Source of the DNA: Pseudomonadota bacterium
Lineage (GTDB): Bacteria; Bdellovibrionota_G; JALEGL01; DATDPG01
Direction of reading: 5' to 3'
Assembly: GCA_043804515.1 (NCBI GenBank)
Contig: JAZDIZ010000024.1
Span: 1-61,631, forward strand
DNA: 61,631 nt
In this document: one piece after another, positions 44,636 to 53,941 of the stretch
Numbering within the stretch: position 1 is the stretch's first letter
How the letters are laid out: each line of letters starts with the position of its first letter
Program-made: the position numbers and the translations under genes
Notes under the pieces: model-generated
Databases searched by the model: none
Told to the model about the DNA's origin: nothing
The model's input: the letters and a program-made list of their open reading frames with translations, nothing else

Positions 44636-45292
44636 ATGACGCACATAAAGACGTTGTTCATTGCGGCGCTCTCGGCTCTTATAATCACTGCTTCGCCCGC
44701 GGCGAAGGCCTATCCGCCGTCCGTCGTGGGCGGAGCGCCAATGCAGCCGGGAACGGCTCACAATATCGGGCTTGGCTGGCCCAGCATCATGTACGAATGG
44801 TGGCATTCAGGCGTGCCGGATTGGGCGCTTGGGGCCGAACTGGTCTATGGCGACTGGTCGGGTGCATTTTCGGATATGACGATCGGCCTTGGGCTGAACG
44901 CCCCCTTCAGATTCCACCTGGCCACGAACGGGCGGGCCGATTTCGCCCTTCGCATAGCGCCTGGCGTCCTCATTGCGGATGCTCACGATAGTCACGAGGA
45001 CATCTTTGTCCTCGGCCTGCGGGGCGAGTTCGCAATGCCGGTCAGCGTGGGGATCAGCCCCAAGGTGAACCTGATCACCGGGCTTGCGGCCCCGGTGGCG
45101 GTCTATATCCCGGAACACGGCGATACGATCTTCGTTTTTCCGATCCTGATCCGCCTGGGTGTTGAGTTCCTTCCTCAGCAACCGTACCTGCCTTGGCTTC
45201 TGGTCGAAGTGGGACCCACGATCGGCCATAGGAGCGGGCATACGGAAGTGGACCCGGGGTTCCGCATATGGATCGGCACCACCATTTGGTAG
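44636..45292 (+). CDS. secreted beta-barrel-like outer membrane protein candidate
   Basis: GGAGG lies 9 nt before the ATG at 44636. Signal peptide is MTHIKTLFIAALSALIITASPAAKA. The sequence has an alternating strand pattern and a terminal aromatic (IGTTIW). Confidence 0.65.
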   Translation: MTHIKTLFIAALSALIITASPAAKAYPPSVVGGAPMQPGTAHNIGLGWPSIMYEWWHSGVPDWALGAELVYGDWSGAFSDMTIGLGLNAPFRFHLATNGRADFALRIAPGVLIADAHDSHEDIFVLGLRGEFAMPVSVGISPKVNLITGLAAPVAVYIPEHGDTIFVFPILIRLGVEFLPQQPYLPWLLVEVGPTIGHRSGHTEVDPGFRIWIGTTIW

Positions 45293-45534
45293 ATCCAGCC
45301 GTTGGCCTGGGCAGGGCCGTATACGGTCGGCCCGCTGGGGCGAATAACGCGTAAGCGTAATACGTAAATACCCATAACGCCGCGCGCAAATAAAAGTCTT
45401 AAATTGTGACAAGTTAGATAACATTATCTAGATTTCTAGTATTGACATTGCAGCGTCAAAGTGATTTGTTTGAGCTGCCTGGTAGGGGGAACTGCTAGGG
45501 CCAAGTAAGCGAAGTTTTCAGGAGGGGGAAAACT

Positions 45535-46968
45535 TTGTGGGTCAGGGGTTGTAGCGGGGTCTTGGCGTCTGCTCTTGTTCTTGTGCAGCAGCCGGCCGTA
45601 GCTGCGGAAAAAATCGAGTTCGTAAGATTTCCGGACACTTTTAAATGGTGCGTAGCCACATCGGGCCACCAGATCGAAGGAAACAACGTCAACAGCGACT
45701 GGTGGCGTTGGGAACATTCGAAGGGAAAGATCATCAACGGAGAGATGTCGGGTTGGGCCACGGACCATTGGAACCGGGTCGAGGAGGACGCGCAGCTGAT
45801 TTCGGACCTGAATGTCGGCTACTACCGCATGTCCGTCGAATGGTCCCGTTTGGAACCGAGGCCCGGTGTGTTTTCGAACAAGGCCTTGGAACACTACCGC
45901 CACGAACTCAAGGAGCTGTTGCAGCGCGGGATCCAGCCGATGGTTACGCTGAATCATTTCACGCTTCCGATTTGGGTCGCGGACCGGGGCGGCTGGGAAT
46001 GGGACGGGATGCCGGAAGCGTTCGCACGATACGCGGAGTTCGTCTACCGAGGCCTCGGACACGATGTGCAGGACTGGATCACGATTAACGAACCCATGGT
46101 CGTCGCAGCCTTCGGGTACATCGGCGGCACGTTTCCCCCGGGCAAAACGAACGACGGCGCTGCCGCAGTGAGGGCAGTCGAGAAGATGCTTCGTTCCCAT
46201 GCCCTGGCGTATCACCTCCTGCACCGTCTGGCGGCCATGGAGAAACGGGCTATTCGCGTGGGCGTGGCCCATCACTTCAGAATCTTCGACCCGAAACGGC
46301 CCCTTCCGGCGGATTGGCTGATGAGCTGGGTGATCAGCGGCGCGTTCAATTGGGCATTTCCGGATGCGTTGAAAACCGGGACGCTAAGGCTTCTGATCCC
46401 GCAGGTCGTGTTGAAGTCCTTCGAGGGACTCAAGGGAACGCAGGATTTTATCGGCGTGAATTACTACACCCGGAACCGAGTGGACTTCTCGTCGCTTAAG
46501 CACACGGAGGACTTTCAACTGGTCGGCGAAGGGCACGCCACGACGGATGTGGGCTGGGAGATCTATCCTGAGGGGATCTATCGGATCCTCAAGTCGGTGG
46601 CGAAGCGCTATCGAGGCCTGCCGATCCTCGTTACGGAGAACGGCCTGGCCGACGGCGCCGACATTCGAAGGCTGGAGTTCCTCAAAGACCACCTCTTTCA
46701 GCTCTCCCGAGCCGTCCGGGAAGGTGTGCCGCTCGAGGGGTATTGCTATTGGTCGCTGCTCGATAACTTCGAATGGACTGAGGGGTTCGAGCCGCGCTTC
46801 GGCCTCTACGAAGTGGATTACCGGACGTTTGAAAGGATCCCGCGTCTGAGCGCCCGGTTTTTCGCACATGTGGCGCGCACGGGCCACTTCTGGTACCCGA
46901 ATCAATCCGAAATTCAGCTGGCTTCGAACCGCTCAAGCTCGGTCCCATCCTTCAACGCTCTGCCGTAA
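45535..46968 (+). CDS. glycoside hydrolase family 1 (beta-glucosidase-type), secreted
   Basis: TLNHFTLPIW, ITINEP (acid/base Glu), VTENG (nucleophile Glu), and YCYWSLLDNFEW. The TTG start has AGGAGGGGG upstream. Confidence 0.9.
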   Translation: MWVRGCSGVLASALVLVQQPAVAAEKIEFVRFPDTFKWCVATSGHQIEGNNVNSDWWRWEHSKGKIINGEMSGWATDHWNRVEEDAQLISDLNVGYYRMSVEWSRLEPRPGVFSNKALEHYRHELKELLQRGIQPMVTLNHFTLPIWVADRGGWEWDGMPEAFARYAEFVYRGLGHDVQDWITINEPMVVAAFGYIGGTFPPGKTNDGAAAVRAVEKMLRSHALAYHLLHRLAAMEKRAIRVGVAHHFRIFDPKRPLPADWLMSWVISGAFNWAFPDALKTGTLRLLIPQVVLKSFEGLKGTQDFIGVNYYTRNRVDFSSLKHTEDFQLVGEGHATTDVGWEIYPEGIYRILKSVAKRYRGLPILVTENGLADGADIRRLEFLKDHLFQLSRAVREGVPLEGYCYWSLLDNFEWTEGFEPRFGLYEVDYRTFERIPRLSARFFAHVARTGHFWYPNQSEIQLASNRSSSVPSFNALP

Positions 46969-47032
46969 GCCGTCCGCGTGACACAGTTTCTTGACTAATC
47001 CGAGGCCGTACTCTTTAACGTCGGGCACTATA

Positions 47033-47425
47033 ATGCACATAACCCCCCCGAAACTTAAGGTAGTCGAAGAGTTCAAATCCTTTCTCTTGAAACACCAGGT
47101 GGTGGGGTTGGCGGTCGGTGTCGTGATCGGCGCCGCCGTCGGCAAGGTGGTGACCGCCCTGGTAGGCGACATCATCATGCCGGTCGTCGGCCTGCTGACG
47201 CCGTCCGGTGAGTGGAGGGCGGTGAAGCTCGGGATTTTCGGCGTCGGCGACCTGCTCGGCAACATCCTGGATTTTACGATCGTGGCCTTTGTGGTCTTCA
47301 TGATCATCAAGCAGTTCATCAAGGAGGCGCCGCCGGCACCTTCCAAAACATGCCCGGCCTGCAAAGAGTCGATCCATCCCGAAGCGACGCGATGCAAGTT
47401 CTGCACGGCCGAGGTGGGTAAATGA
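47033..47425 (+). CDS. mscL: large-conductance mechanosensitive channel with a C-terminal CxxC...CxxC extension
   Basis: EEFKSFLLKHQVVGLAVGVVIGAAVGKVVTALVGDIIMP and FIVAFVVFMIIK are typical MscL segments. The tail is CPACKESIHPEATRCKFC. Confidence 0.9.
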   Translation: MHITPPKLKVVEEFKSFLLKHQVVGLAVGVVIGAAVGKVVTALVGDIIMPVVGLLTPSGEWRAVKLGIFGVGDLLGNILDFTIVAFVVFMIIKQFIKEAPPAPSKTCPACKESIHPEATRCKFCTAEVGK

Positions 47426-48222
47426 GATTCGCGCCATTCCTGCTCTTTCTCTCCCTCAGTTCGGCGGCCTGGGCGCAGGAGCCGACGCCTGCGACACAAC
47501 CCGCCCCCAACGCCGCTCCGGCATCCGCTCCAGTCGAGGCGCCCAAACCTCCGGTTGGTGAGTGGAAGGCGAGTGTGGGCGCCAGCGCCTTGATGAACAC
47601 GGGAAACTCGGAAAACACGACGTTCGGAGGAAACGGCCTGGCGAGTTACAAGTTTGAGAGGAACAAACTGGAAAGCACGGCCATAGGGGCGTACGGCCGC
47701 GCCAAGAGCCCCGCAGGCGTGAAAACGACTAACACGAAGAACTGGAAGATCCAGGAACGGTATGACCGGTACATCCTGGATCCTCTTTCGATCTTCGCCT
47801 TCGGGCACCTGGGGCAGGACAGACCGAGCGGTATCGATTGGAGATACGGCGGCGCGACCGGTCTTTCGCACGAAGCGTACAAAGTGGATCCGCACTTCTT
47901 CAAGTACGAACTCGGCTTCGACTACACACGCGAGCTGCGCACCCCACCGCCGGACGTGAATCGATATTCGGCCCGGATCTTTCTGGGTTACAAGTACAAG
48001 CTCTCGGATTGGGCTGCGTTCGGCGAGAGTCTGGAGAACCTCGTCAACGTCAAACACGGGAAAGCGTATCGGCTCGACGCTTTGTCGACCCTAACGATGA
48101 AGCTGACGACGAAGGTGGCCTTCCAGTTCGGCTTCGATGTCCGCTTCGACAACGCGCCGCCCGTGGGCAAGAAGAAAACGGACACCAGTACCCAGGCGGG
48201 CCTGGTCATCACACTCCTTTAG
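47422..48222 (+). CDS. DUF481 (YdiY-like) outer membrane protein
   Basis: Signal peptide and NTGNSENTTFGG...YKFERNKLE. There is an ATGA overlap with mscL. Confidence 0.8.
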   Translation: MRFAPFLLFLSLSSAAWAQEPTPATQPAPNAAPASAPVEAPKPPVGEWKASVGASALMNTGNSENTTFGGNGLASYKFERNKLESTAIGAYGRAKSPAGVKTTNTKNWKIQERYDRYILDPLSIFAFGHLGQDRPSGIDWRYGGATGLSHEAYKVDPHFFKYELGFDYTRELRTPPPDVNRYSARIFLGYKYKLSDWAAFGESLENLVNVKHGKAYRLDALSTLTMKLTTKVAFQFGFDVRFDNAPPVGKKKTDTSTQAGLVITLL

Positions 48223-48958
48223 AGAGGCGGCGGCTATCAAGGCATTTTCGCTTTCGGTTATCGTGCCCATGTTCAACGAGGCTCACCGCCTCGAAGCGTG
48301 CCTCGGTCCGGCCTTGGGATACCTTGCCCGAGAATTTCCGGGCGCCGAGGTATTCATGATCGATGACGGGAGTCGGGACACGACACTGGACGCCGCCAAG
48401 GAACTCGCGCGTCGTTTCCCGGGGCTGAAAGCGAAAGCCCTAAGGCTCTTTCCCAACCGGGGAAAAGGCGCGGCCGTGCGGGAGGGGATGCTAAAAGCTT
48501 CCGGCGAAATCTGCGTGTTTCTGGACGCCGACAATGCCACGCCGGCCGAGGAATTGGGACGCCTCGTCCCGTTGGTCCGGACACCCAGAACCATCGTGAT
48601 CGGCTCGCGCGCTCACAAAGGGACGCAGCTGGAGCAGAAACAGCCTTGGTGGCGCCAGGGAATGGGAAAGACGTTCAACCTCCTGGTGAGGCTGTGTCTG
48701 GGGTTGCCCTATCGGGATACGCAGTGCGGGTTCAAATTATTCGGCCGGGAGGCCGCCGAAGTCTGCTTCAGCCGTCAGAAACTCGATCGTTTTGCATTTG
48801 ATGCCGAACTCCTGTGGATTGCGCACCAGGAGGGCCTGACCATTATCGAGGCGCCGGTCCGATGGCGGCACGTCGAAGAAAGCCGCGTCCGTCCCGTGGG
48901 GGACAGCCTTAAGATGATCCGGGATCTCCTGCGAATTCGCTGGCTCCACCGGTCTTAG
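48137..48958 (+). CDS. family 2 glycosyltransferase (polyprenol-phosphate glucosyl/mannosyl-transferase-like)
   Basis: SVIVPMFNE, MIDDGSRDTT, VFLDADN, QCGFKLF. The only canonical start, ATG 48137, gives an 86-nt overlap with the DUF481 gene, so the 5' end is uncertain. Confidence 0.8.
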   Translation: MSASTTRRPWARRKRTPVPRRAWSSHSFREAAAIKAFSLSVIVPMFNEAHRLEACLGPALGYLAREFPGAEVFMIDDGSRDTTLDAAKELARRFPGLKAKALRLFPNRGKGAAVREGMLKASGEICVFLDADNATPAEELGRLVPLVRTPRTIVIGSRAHKGTQLEQKQPWWRQGMGKTFNLLVRLCLGLPYRDTQCGFKLFGREAAEVCFSRQKLDRFAFDAELLWIAHQEGLTIIEAPVRWRHVEESRVRPVGDSLKMIRDLLRIRWLHRS

Positions 48959-49037
48959 TCGTGTCTTAGACTTTCCTGACGTCATCCGAATTGATTTGCC
49001 GTACCGCCATCAGCCGTCACAATAGAACTCAGACCAA

Positions 49038-50384
49038 ATGACGACGCCCACCGCACAGGCCCAAGCGCCTGCAGAATCAAATTTGAATCGACCCCGTCAT
49101 CCCAAAGGACTTTACGTCCTGTTCGCGACCGAGATGTGGGAGCGGTTCGGGTTTTACGGAATGCTCTCTCTGTTCGTGCTTTACCTCCGCAATCCGGTGG
49201 ACGGGTTCGGTTGGTCGGCCGAACAGGCCACCGGCCTCTATTCGAATTACTATGCGTTCATTTATTTGAGTCCGCTCCTGGGGGGATGGCTCGCGGACAA
49301 GAAGCTGGGCCACCGGCGCGCCGTCATGATCGGCGGGCTGTTCTTCATGCTCGGGTATTTGCTTCTCGGCGTTCACTCTCTGCCGATGATTTACCTGGCC
49401 CTCACGCTCCTTGTGATCGGGAACGGCCTGTTCAAACCGAACGTCTCCACGATGGTCGGAAACCTCTATCCCGAGGGGAGCCGCCTCAAAGACCGCGCAT
49501 TTCTCATCTTTTATATGGGCATCAACATCGGCGCCTTTTTCGGGCCGGTGGTCATGGAATTCGTCAAACGTACCTGGGGGAACCGGCCGGCGTTCACGGT
49601 GCTGGCCTTCGGTATGATTTTTGCCGTCGGCATACTGTGGCGGTTCCGGCGTCTGGTGGAAGGGACGCAGCCGGCGGATCCGTCATCCGCCGCGAGTGCC
49701 GTGAATTCGCCCGCTTCGGCGCAAGCGATCGATTCGATATCCGACCGGAAGCGCATCCTGGCGCTGATCGTGATCTTTCTGCTCGTGATCGTCTTTTGGA
49801 TGGTTTACTTCCAAAACGGTTCCACGCTCACGTACTGGGCGGATGAGAACACGGATTGGAATGTGTCGGGAACGATCTCCAACGCGATCAATCCCTTCTT
49901 CGTCGTTTTGTTCACGTTTCCGCTGATTTGGTTCTGGAAAAAATTGGATGCGAGGGGCCGGGAACCCTCCACGCCGACGAAGATGGCGATCGGGATGTTC
50001 CTGACTGCCATCTCGTTCCTGATCCTATGGGCGGCCGCGAAGATGGGCGAGGCCACGGCGACAACGGGAAATCCGTACGCCTTCAAAGTGTCTCCAAACT
50101 GGCTCGTGAGCGCCTATGCCATCGTGACCCTAGGCGAACTCATGCTCTCCCCCATGGGGCTGTCGCTTGTCTCCAAGGTGGCGCCCCAGCGTATGCGGGG
50201 CCTCATGATGGGGGCCTGGTTCGTGGTCCTTGGAATCGGAGGAAAGCTTACGATGATCGGAGTGCTTTGGACGAAGTGGCTCCACTCCGAGTTTTTCCTG
50301 TTGCTCGCGATGATGGCGCTCGGGATGTCCGTATTGCTGTTTGTCCTGGTCCGGCCGCTCAAGAGAGCGATGCCGGGCGTGTGA
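49038..50384 (+). CDS. POT/PTR2-family proton-dependent oligopeptide transporter
   Basis: HPKGLYVLFATEMWERFGFYGM and GGWLADKKLGHRRAV are PTR2 signatures. Confidence 0.9.
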   Translation: MTTPTAQAQAPAESNLNRPRHPKGLYVLFATEMWERFGFYGMLSLFVLYLRNPVDGFGWSAEQATGLYSNYYAFIYLSPLLGGWLADKKLGHRRAVMIGGLFFMLGYLLLGVHSLPMIYLALTLLVIGNGLFKPNVSTMVGNLYPEGSRLKDRAFLIFYMGINIGAFFGPVVMEFVKRTWGNRPAFTVLAFGMIFAVGILWRFRRLVEGTQPADPSSAASAVNSPASAQAIDSISDRKRILALIVIFLLVIVFWMVYFQNGSTLTYWADENTDWNVSGTISNAINPFFVVLFTFPLIWFWKKLDARGREPSTPTKMAIGMFLTAISFLILWAAAKMGEATATTGNPYAFKVSPNWLVSAYAIVTLGELMLSPMGLSLVSKVAPQRMRGLMMGAWFVVLGIGGKLTMIGVLWTKWLHSEFFLLLAMMALGMSVLLFVLVRPLKRAMPGV

Positions 50385-50439
50385 CGGGCCGGGGGCGTGG
50401 GTTTTCTGCAGAATCGGCCCGACGTTGGGTTGGGGATCC

Positions 50440-51105
50440 CTATTTGGCTGACGTGAGACGACTGTGGCGCCACCAGGCGGCGAGCACCTCTTTAAACAGC
50501 GGTAGGGCGGAGACAAAAACAATGACGAGAACGGTTGCCTCGAAGTTTCTCTTGATGAACGGGACGTTCCCCAGGAGATAACCGGCCCCCGTCATGGACA
50601 GGACCCAACCGACTCCGCCGAATACGTTGTACGAGAGGAACTTCATGTACGTCATGTCGGCCATTCCGGCCACGAAAGGCGCGAACGTCCGGATGATCGG
50701 TATGAACCGGGCCAGGATGATGGTCTTTCCCCCGTGCCTTTCATAAAAGTCGTGCGTCTTGCGGAGGTGGGATTTTTTGAAAAAGAGCGAGTCCTCCCGG
50801 GTGAAGACCCTCGGCCCGGCCTTCTTGCCCAGGAAATAGCCTACGCCGTCTCCCACGATCGCGGCGACGGAAAGAAGGACGAACAAAAGCGGAAAACTCA
50901 GGATGTCCTTGCTGGATACAAACCCGGCGACGAACAGGAGCGAGTCTCCGGGGAAGAAAAAACCGATCAGAAGCCCGGTCTCGGCGAACACAACGCCGAA
51001 GAGAAACGGATAAGCCAACCATCCCCAGGTCATCAGCACCTGCTCCAGATAGTTAGGGTTCAAAAGCTGGGCGAAAAAGCCGAGAACGGCTTGGAGCGTC
51101 TCCAT
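50440..51105 (-). CDS. DedA-family membrane protein
   Basis: VFAETGLLIGFFFPGDSLLFVAGF and the ARFIPIIRTFAPFVAG motif. The start is placed at ATG 51105. Confidence 0.85.
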   Translation of the reverse strand: METLQAVLGFFAQLLNPNYLEQVLMTWGWLAYPFLFGVVFAETGLLIGFFFPGDSLLFVAGFVSSKDILSFPLLFVLLSVAAIVGDGVGYFLGKKAGPRVFTREDSLFFKKSHLRKTHDFYERHGGKTIILARFIPIIRTFAPFVAGMADMTYMKFLSYNVFGGVGWVLSMTGAGYLLGNVPFIKRNFEATVLVIVFVSALPLFKEVLAAWWRHSRLTSAK

Positions 51106-51460
51106 GGAAGGTGCAAGACAATACACGACTCGAGGCCGGCGCGCAGCAAACGAGGAGAAACCGGGGTAGTAGGATGCCCTTGACGCGGATTGGTAAAGGA
51201 GCGAGAAATGGGTCATTCAAACGGGGGTGAGTCCAATGGGCAGAAAAGTCCTTCGTGGAATTCCTGAGGCCGATCGGAGGGAGATCGCTCACGGAATCCA
51301 CGTCGTAGGTGGACAGGTGCACTCTTTGGTCGTGCAGGCGGCGTTGGGCCAGGTCACGGTTCTTGAAGAGGAACCGTCGGAACCGGGCACGCCCGCCGAG
51401 AAATCGCAACAGGCGTCAGAATCCTGACGCCGGGCGGGTTTCCCGCCCATCGAAATTTTC

Positions 51461-52117
51461 TCAGTTTACCAGCCTGGCAAAATCGGGGACTAGGTCTTTG
51501 AGGCCGTTGATGATGAATTGAATCGAGATGGCCGCCAGAAGAAGCCCCATGAGCCGGTTCATGACGCGCACGCCGGACGCTCCGACCAACCTTTGCAGAA
51601 TCGATGAGTTCACCAGGATGAAGTACGTCGCCAGGCTGATCACCAGGATGGAGACGATTACATACGCATCCTGAGCGAAGGTCTTGGAGCGGGTCATCAG
51701 GACGATCACGGTCGTGATGGCGCCGGGGCCCGACAGGAGCGGAATGGCGAGAGGGATGATCGAAATGTCGTGCTTTTCCGCCGCGTCTTTCTGCTCTTCA
51801 GGAAGCGTGCGGCTCCGGACGTTCTGACCCTTGAGCATGTTGAGGGAGACGCCGAAGACCAGGATCCCTCCGGCGATCCGGAACGCGGGAATCGAGATCC
51901 CCATCACATGGAAGACCCATTGTCCCGTAACCGCGAAAAAAATCAGAACCAGCGCGCACGCCAGGCTGGCGCGCCGGGCGATTGATCTTACGTCATGGGG
52001 AGGCGTCGTGATCGTGTGTCCCAGGAACATCCCCGTGGCCCCCAAGGGGTTCACGATCGTGAACAACGACACGAGCGTGACGGCGGCGAAGTCGGTAGTG
52101 ATTCCGAGGAAGTTCAC
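51461..52117 (-). CDS. MarC-family (UPF0056) integral membrane protein
   Basis: FTIVNPLGATGMFL N-terminal motif, 6 TM helices, 218 aa. Confidence 0.85.
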   Translation of the reverse strand: MNFLGITTDFAAVTLVSLFTIVNPLGATGMFLGHTITTPPHDVRSIARRASLACALVLIFFAVTGQWVFHVMGISIPAFRIAGGILVFGVSLNMLKGQNVRSRTLPEEQKDAAEKHDISIIPLAIPLLSGPGAITTVIVLMTRSKTFAQDAYVIVSILVISLATYFILVNSSILQRLVGASGVRVMNRLMGLLLAAISIQFIINGLKDLVPDFARLVN

Positions 52118-52139
52118 GTGAATCGGGGTGGGGATTCCG

Positions 52140-52478
52140 CTATTTCTTGAACGGCGCCGGGTCGAAATGCTGCCGCTTATCTTTCTTGTCTTTCCAGGCG
52201 TCGGCGTCGGGTAGGGCGGCCTTTTTCTCGGCGATATTGGGCCATTCCTTGGCGTATTTGGCGTTCAATTCGACGTATTCTTTCCACTGATCCGGAAGCT
52301 CATCCAGAGGGAAGATCGCCTGCGTCGGGCACACGGGCTCGCAGGCTCCGCAGTCGATGCAGTCGTCCGGATGGATTGCGAGGAAGTTCACGCCCTCGTA
52401 AAAACAGTTCACGGGGCACACTTCCACGCAATCCGTGTATTTGCATTTCACACATGGGTCGGCAACCACGTAGGCCAT
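52140..52478 (-). CDS. fdxA: 7Fe ferredoxin (3Fe-4S plus 4Fe-4S, Azotobacter type)
   Basis: [18 protein letters not shown] and [12 protein letters not shown]. Confidence 0.92.
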   Translation of the reverse strand: MAYVVADPCVKCKYTDCVEVCPVNCFYEGVNFLAIHPDDCIDCGACEPVCPTQAIFPLDELPDQWKEYVELNAKYAKEWPNIAEKKAALPDADAWKDKKDKRQHFDPAPFKK

Positions 52479-52559
52479 AGCGCGGAGTTTCTAGGCCATA
52501 AGCGCAGGCCCGTCAAGTTCGGCTTTTAAAAGAGGAGATTGTCCGTCGAAATAGACGTG

Positions 52560-53189
52560 TCAATGTTTGGCCTGGAGGCCCATGAGGCCGAAACGCAGGA
52601 GTTCCTCCACGATCGCCTGCCGGTTGGGCTCGCCGCCTCGACGGACGACGAGGTGTTGGTAGAGCACTTCCTTGATGCTTCCCAGCACGGCCATCGCGAT
52701 CAGCTCCTCGTTCACTTCCCGGGTCAGGCCCCATTTGGCGCCGTTGTGCAGCGCCCGGGCGATGTTCTCGTGGAGGAACAGATAAAGCTTGGTGAGCTTC
52801 TGATCCACCGTCTCGTTGAACGCGATCGCCTCGCGCAAGAGGATCACGGTGAGGTCCTGCTTCCCGAAGAGGAGATCCACGACGCGCGTGAGATTGTCGC
52901 GAAGCTGGTCTACCGGGTTTCCGTGTTCGAGGCGCACGGGCCGGATGCACGCCATCAACTCCAGGATGAACGCGTCGACGAGTTCATAAAAGAGAGCGTC
53001 GATTCCGTCGAAATAGAGATAAAACGTGCCCCGCGAGATCCCCGCAGCCTCCAGAACGTCGGCCACGCTCGTGGCCTGATATCCTCGGCGGCTGATGACC
53101 TCCTGTGCCGCCTGAAGGATCTCCCCCCGGCGCGTGGTTCGCTGGCGGTTGGCCCGAAGGCTCCGCCCGTCGATTGCAAGTTCGTTCAT
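52560..53189 (-). CDS. TetR/AcrR-family transcriptional regulator (last gene of the lipid operon)
   Basis: ILQAAQEVISRRGYQATSVADVLEAAGISRGTFYLYF HTH motif. There is a 4-nt overlap with the acyltransferase gene. Confidence 0.9.
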   Translation of the reverse strand: MNELAIDGRSLRANRQRTTRRGEILQAAQEVISRRGYQATSVADVLEAAGISRGTFYLYFDGIDALFYELVDAFILELMACIRPVRLEHGNPVDQLRDNLTRVVDLLFGKQDLTVILLREAIAFNETVDQKLTKLYLFLHENIARALHNGAKWGLTREVNEELIAMAVLGSIKEVLYQHLVVRRGGEPNRQAIVEELLRFGLMGLQAKH

Positions 53190-53941
53190 GTGTTCACTGC
53201 CTCTCTCTGACTGGATACTTCCTCGGGCGACTCGACGTAGGACATGACCATCTCCTGCAATTTCCGCGTCAGGTCGGAAATCCCGGAATCACTCAATCCG
53301 GCCGTCTCGATCTGGGGCCCGAAGTGGACGGAAACGGGGCCCGGCCGGAACAGATAGGAGCCTCTTTGATTGACGGCGTACATCCCCCGGATCCCCGCCG
53401 GAACGACCGGATAACCGGCGTCCCGTGCCATGAGGATCGAGCCCTTGTGGAACCGGTGGACGCGGCCGTCCGGCGTGCGGTGGCCTTCGGGAAATACCAG
53501 AATGGACATGTTCTCACGCCGCCGCTGGAGAGCGTGTTCCGTGATCCTCTCGAGGTTCCGTCCGAAGTCCTTCTTGCGGATGGGGATCCCCCGGGACAGT
53601 TTCATGAGCCACCCGTAGAACGGGATCCAGAACTGCCAGGCGTTCATCAGGCCGCAAAACGCGTGCGGGATCGATGCGGACGTCGTGTGTCCGTCCAAAA
53701 GGTTGGTGTGGTTGAAACAAAACACGCTCAGCCGCTCGGGATCGAAGGCCGGGTCGAACGTCACCCGAAAGCGCCCCAACGTGACGAACAAGATGATGTG
53801 TCTAAACCCGGCCGCGGGTACGCGGCTGTGGATCTGCGGATACGTGAAAAAGAGCCGCAGCGCCATCGTGGCGAGGGCGAGCACGGCCATATATGCGAAC
53901 GCAAAAATCCAGAAGAAAATATTAAAAAGGACAACCATCAT
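53186..53941 (-). CDS. lysophospholipid/1-acylglycerol-3-phosphate acyltransferase family (PlsC-like)
   Basis: HX4D motif is NHTNLLD, followed by FPEGHRTPDG. There is an N-terminal TM helix and a 1-nt overlap (TGATG) with the kinase gene. Confidence 0.88.
   Translation of the reverse strand: MMVVLFNIFFWIFAFAYMAVLALATMALRLFFTYPQIHSRVPAAGFRHIILFVTLGRFRVTFDPAFDPERLSVFCFNHTNLLDGHTTSASIPHAFCGLMNAWQFWIPFYGWLMKLSRGIPIRKKDFGRNLERITEHALQRRRENMSILVFPEGHRTPDGRVHRFHKGSILMARDAGYPVVPAGIRGMYAVNQRGSYLFRPGPVSVHFGPQIETAGLSDSGISDLTRKLQEMVMSYVESPEEVSSQREAVNT

Noticed and set aside
46991-47034. TTGACT ... TATAAT pair upstream of mscL, considered as a promoter
   Set aside because: The hexamers are 32 nt apart and the TATAAT overlaps the start codon. 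An alternative, TTGACT-17-TTTAAC, is possible but too weak to report.
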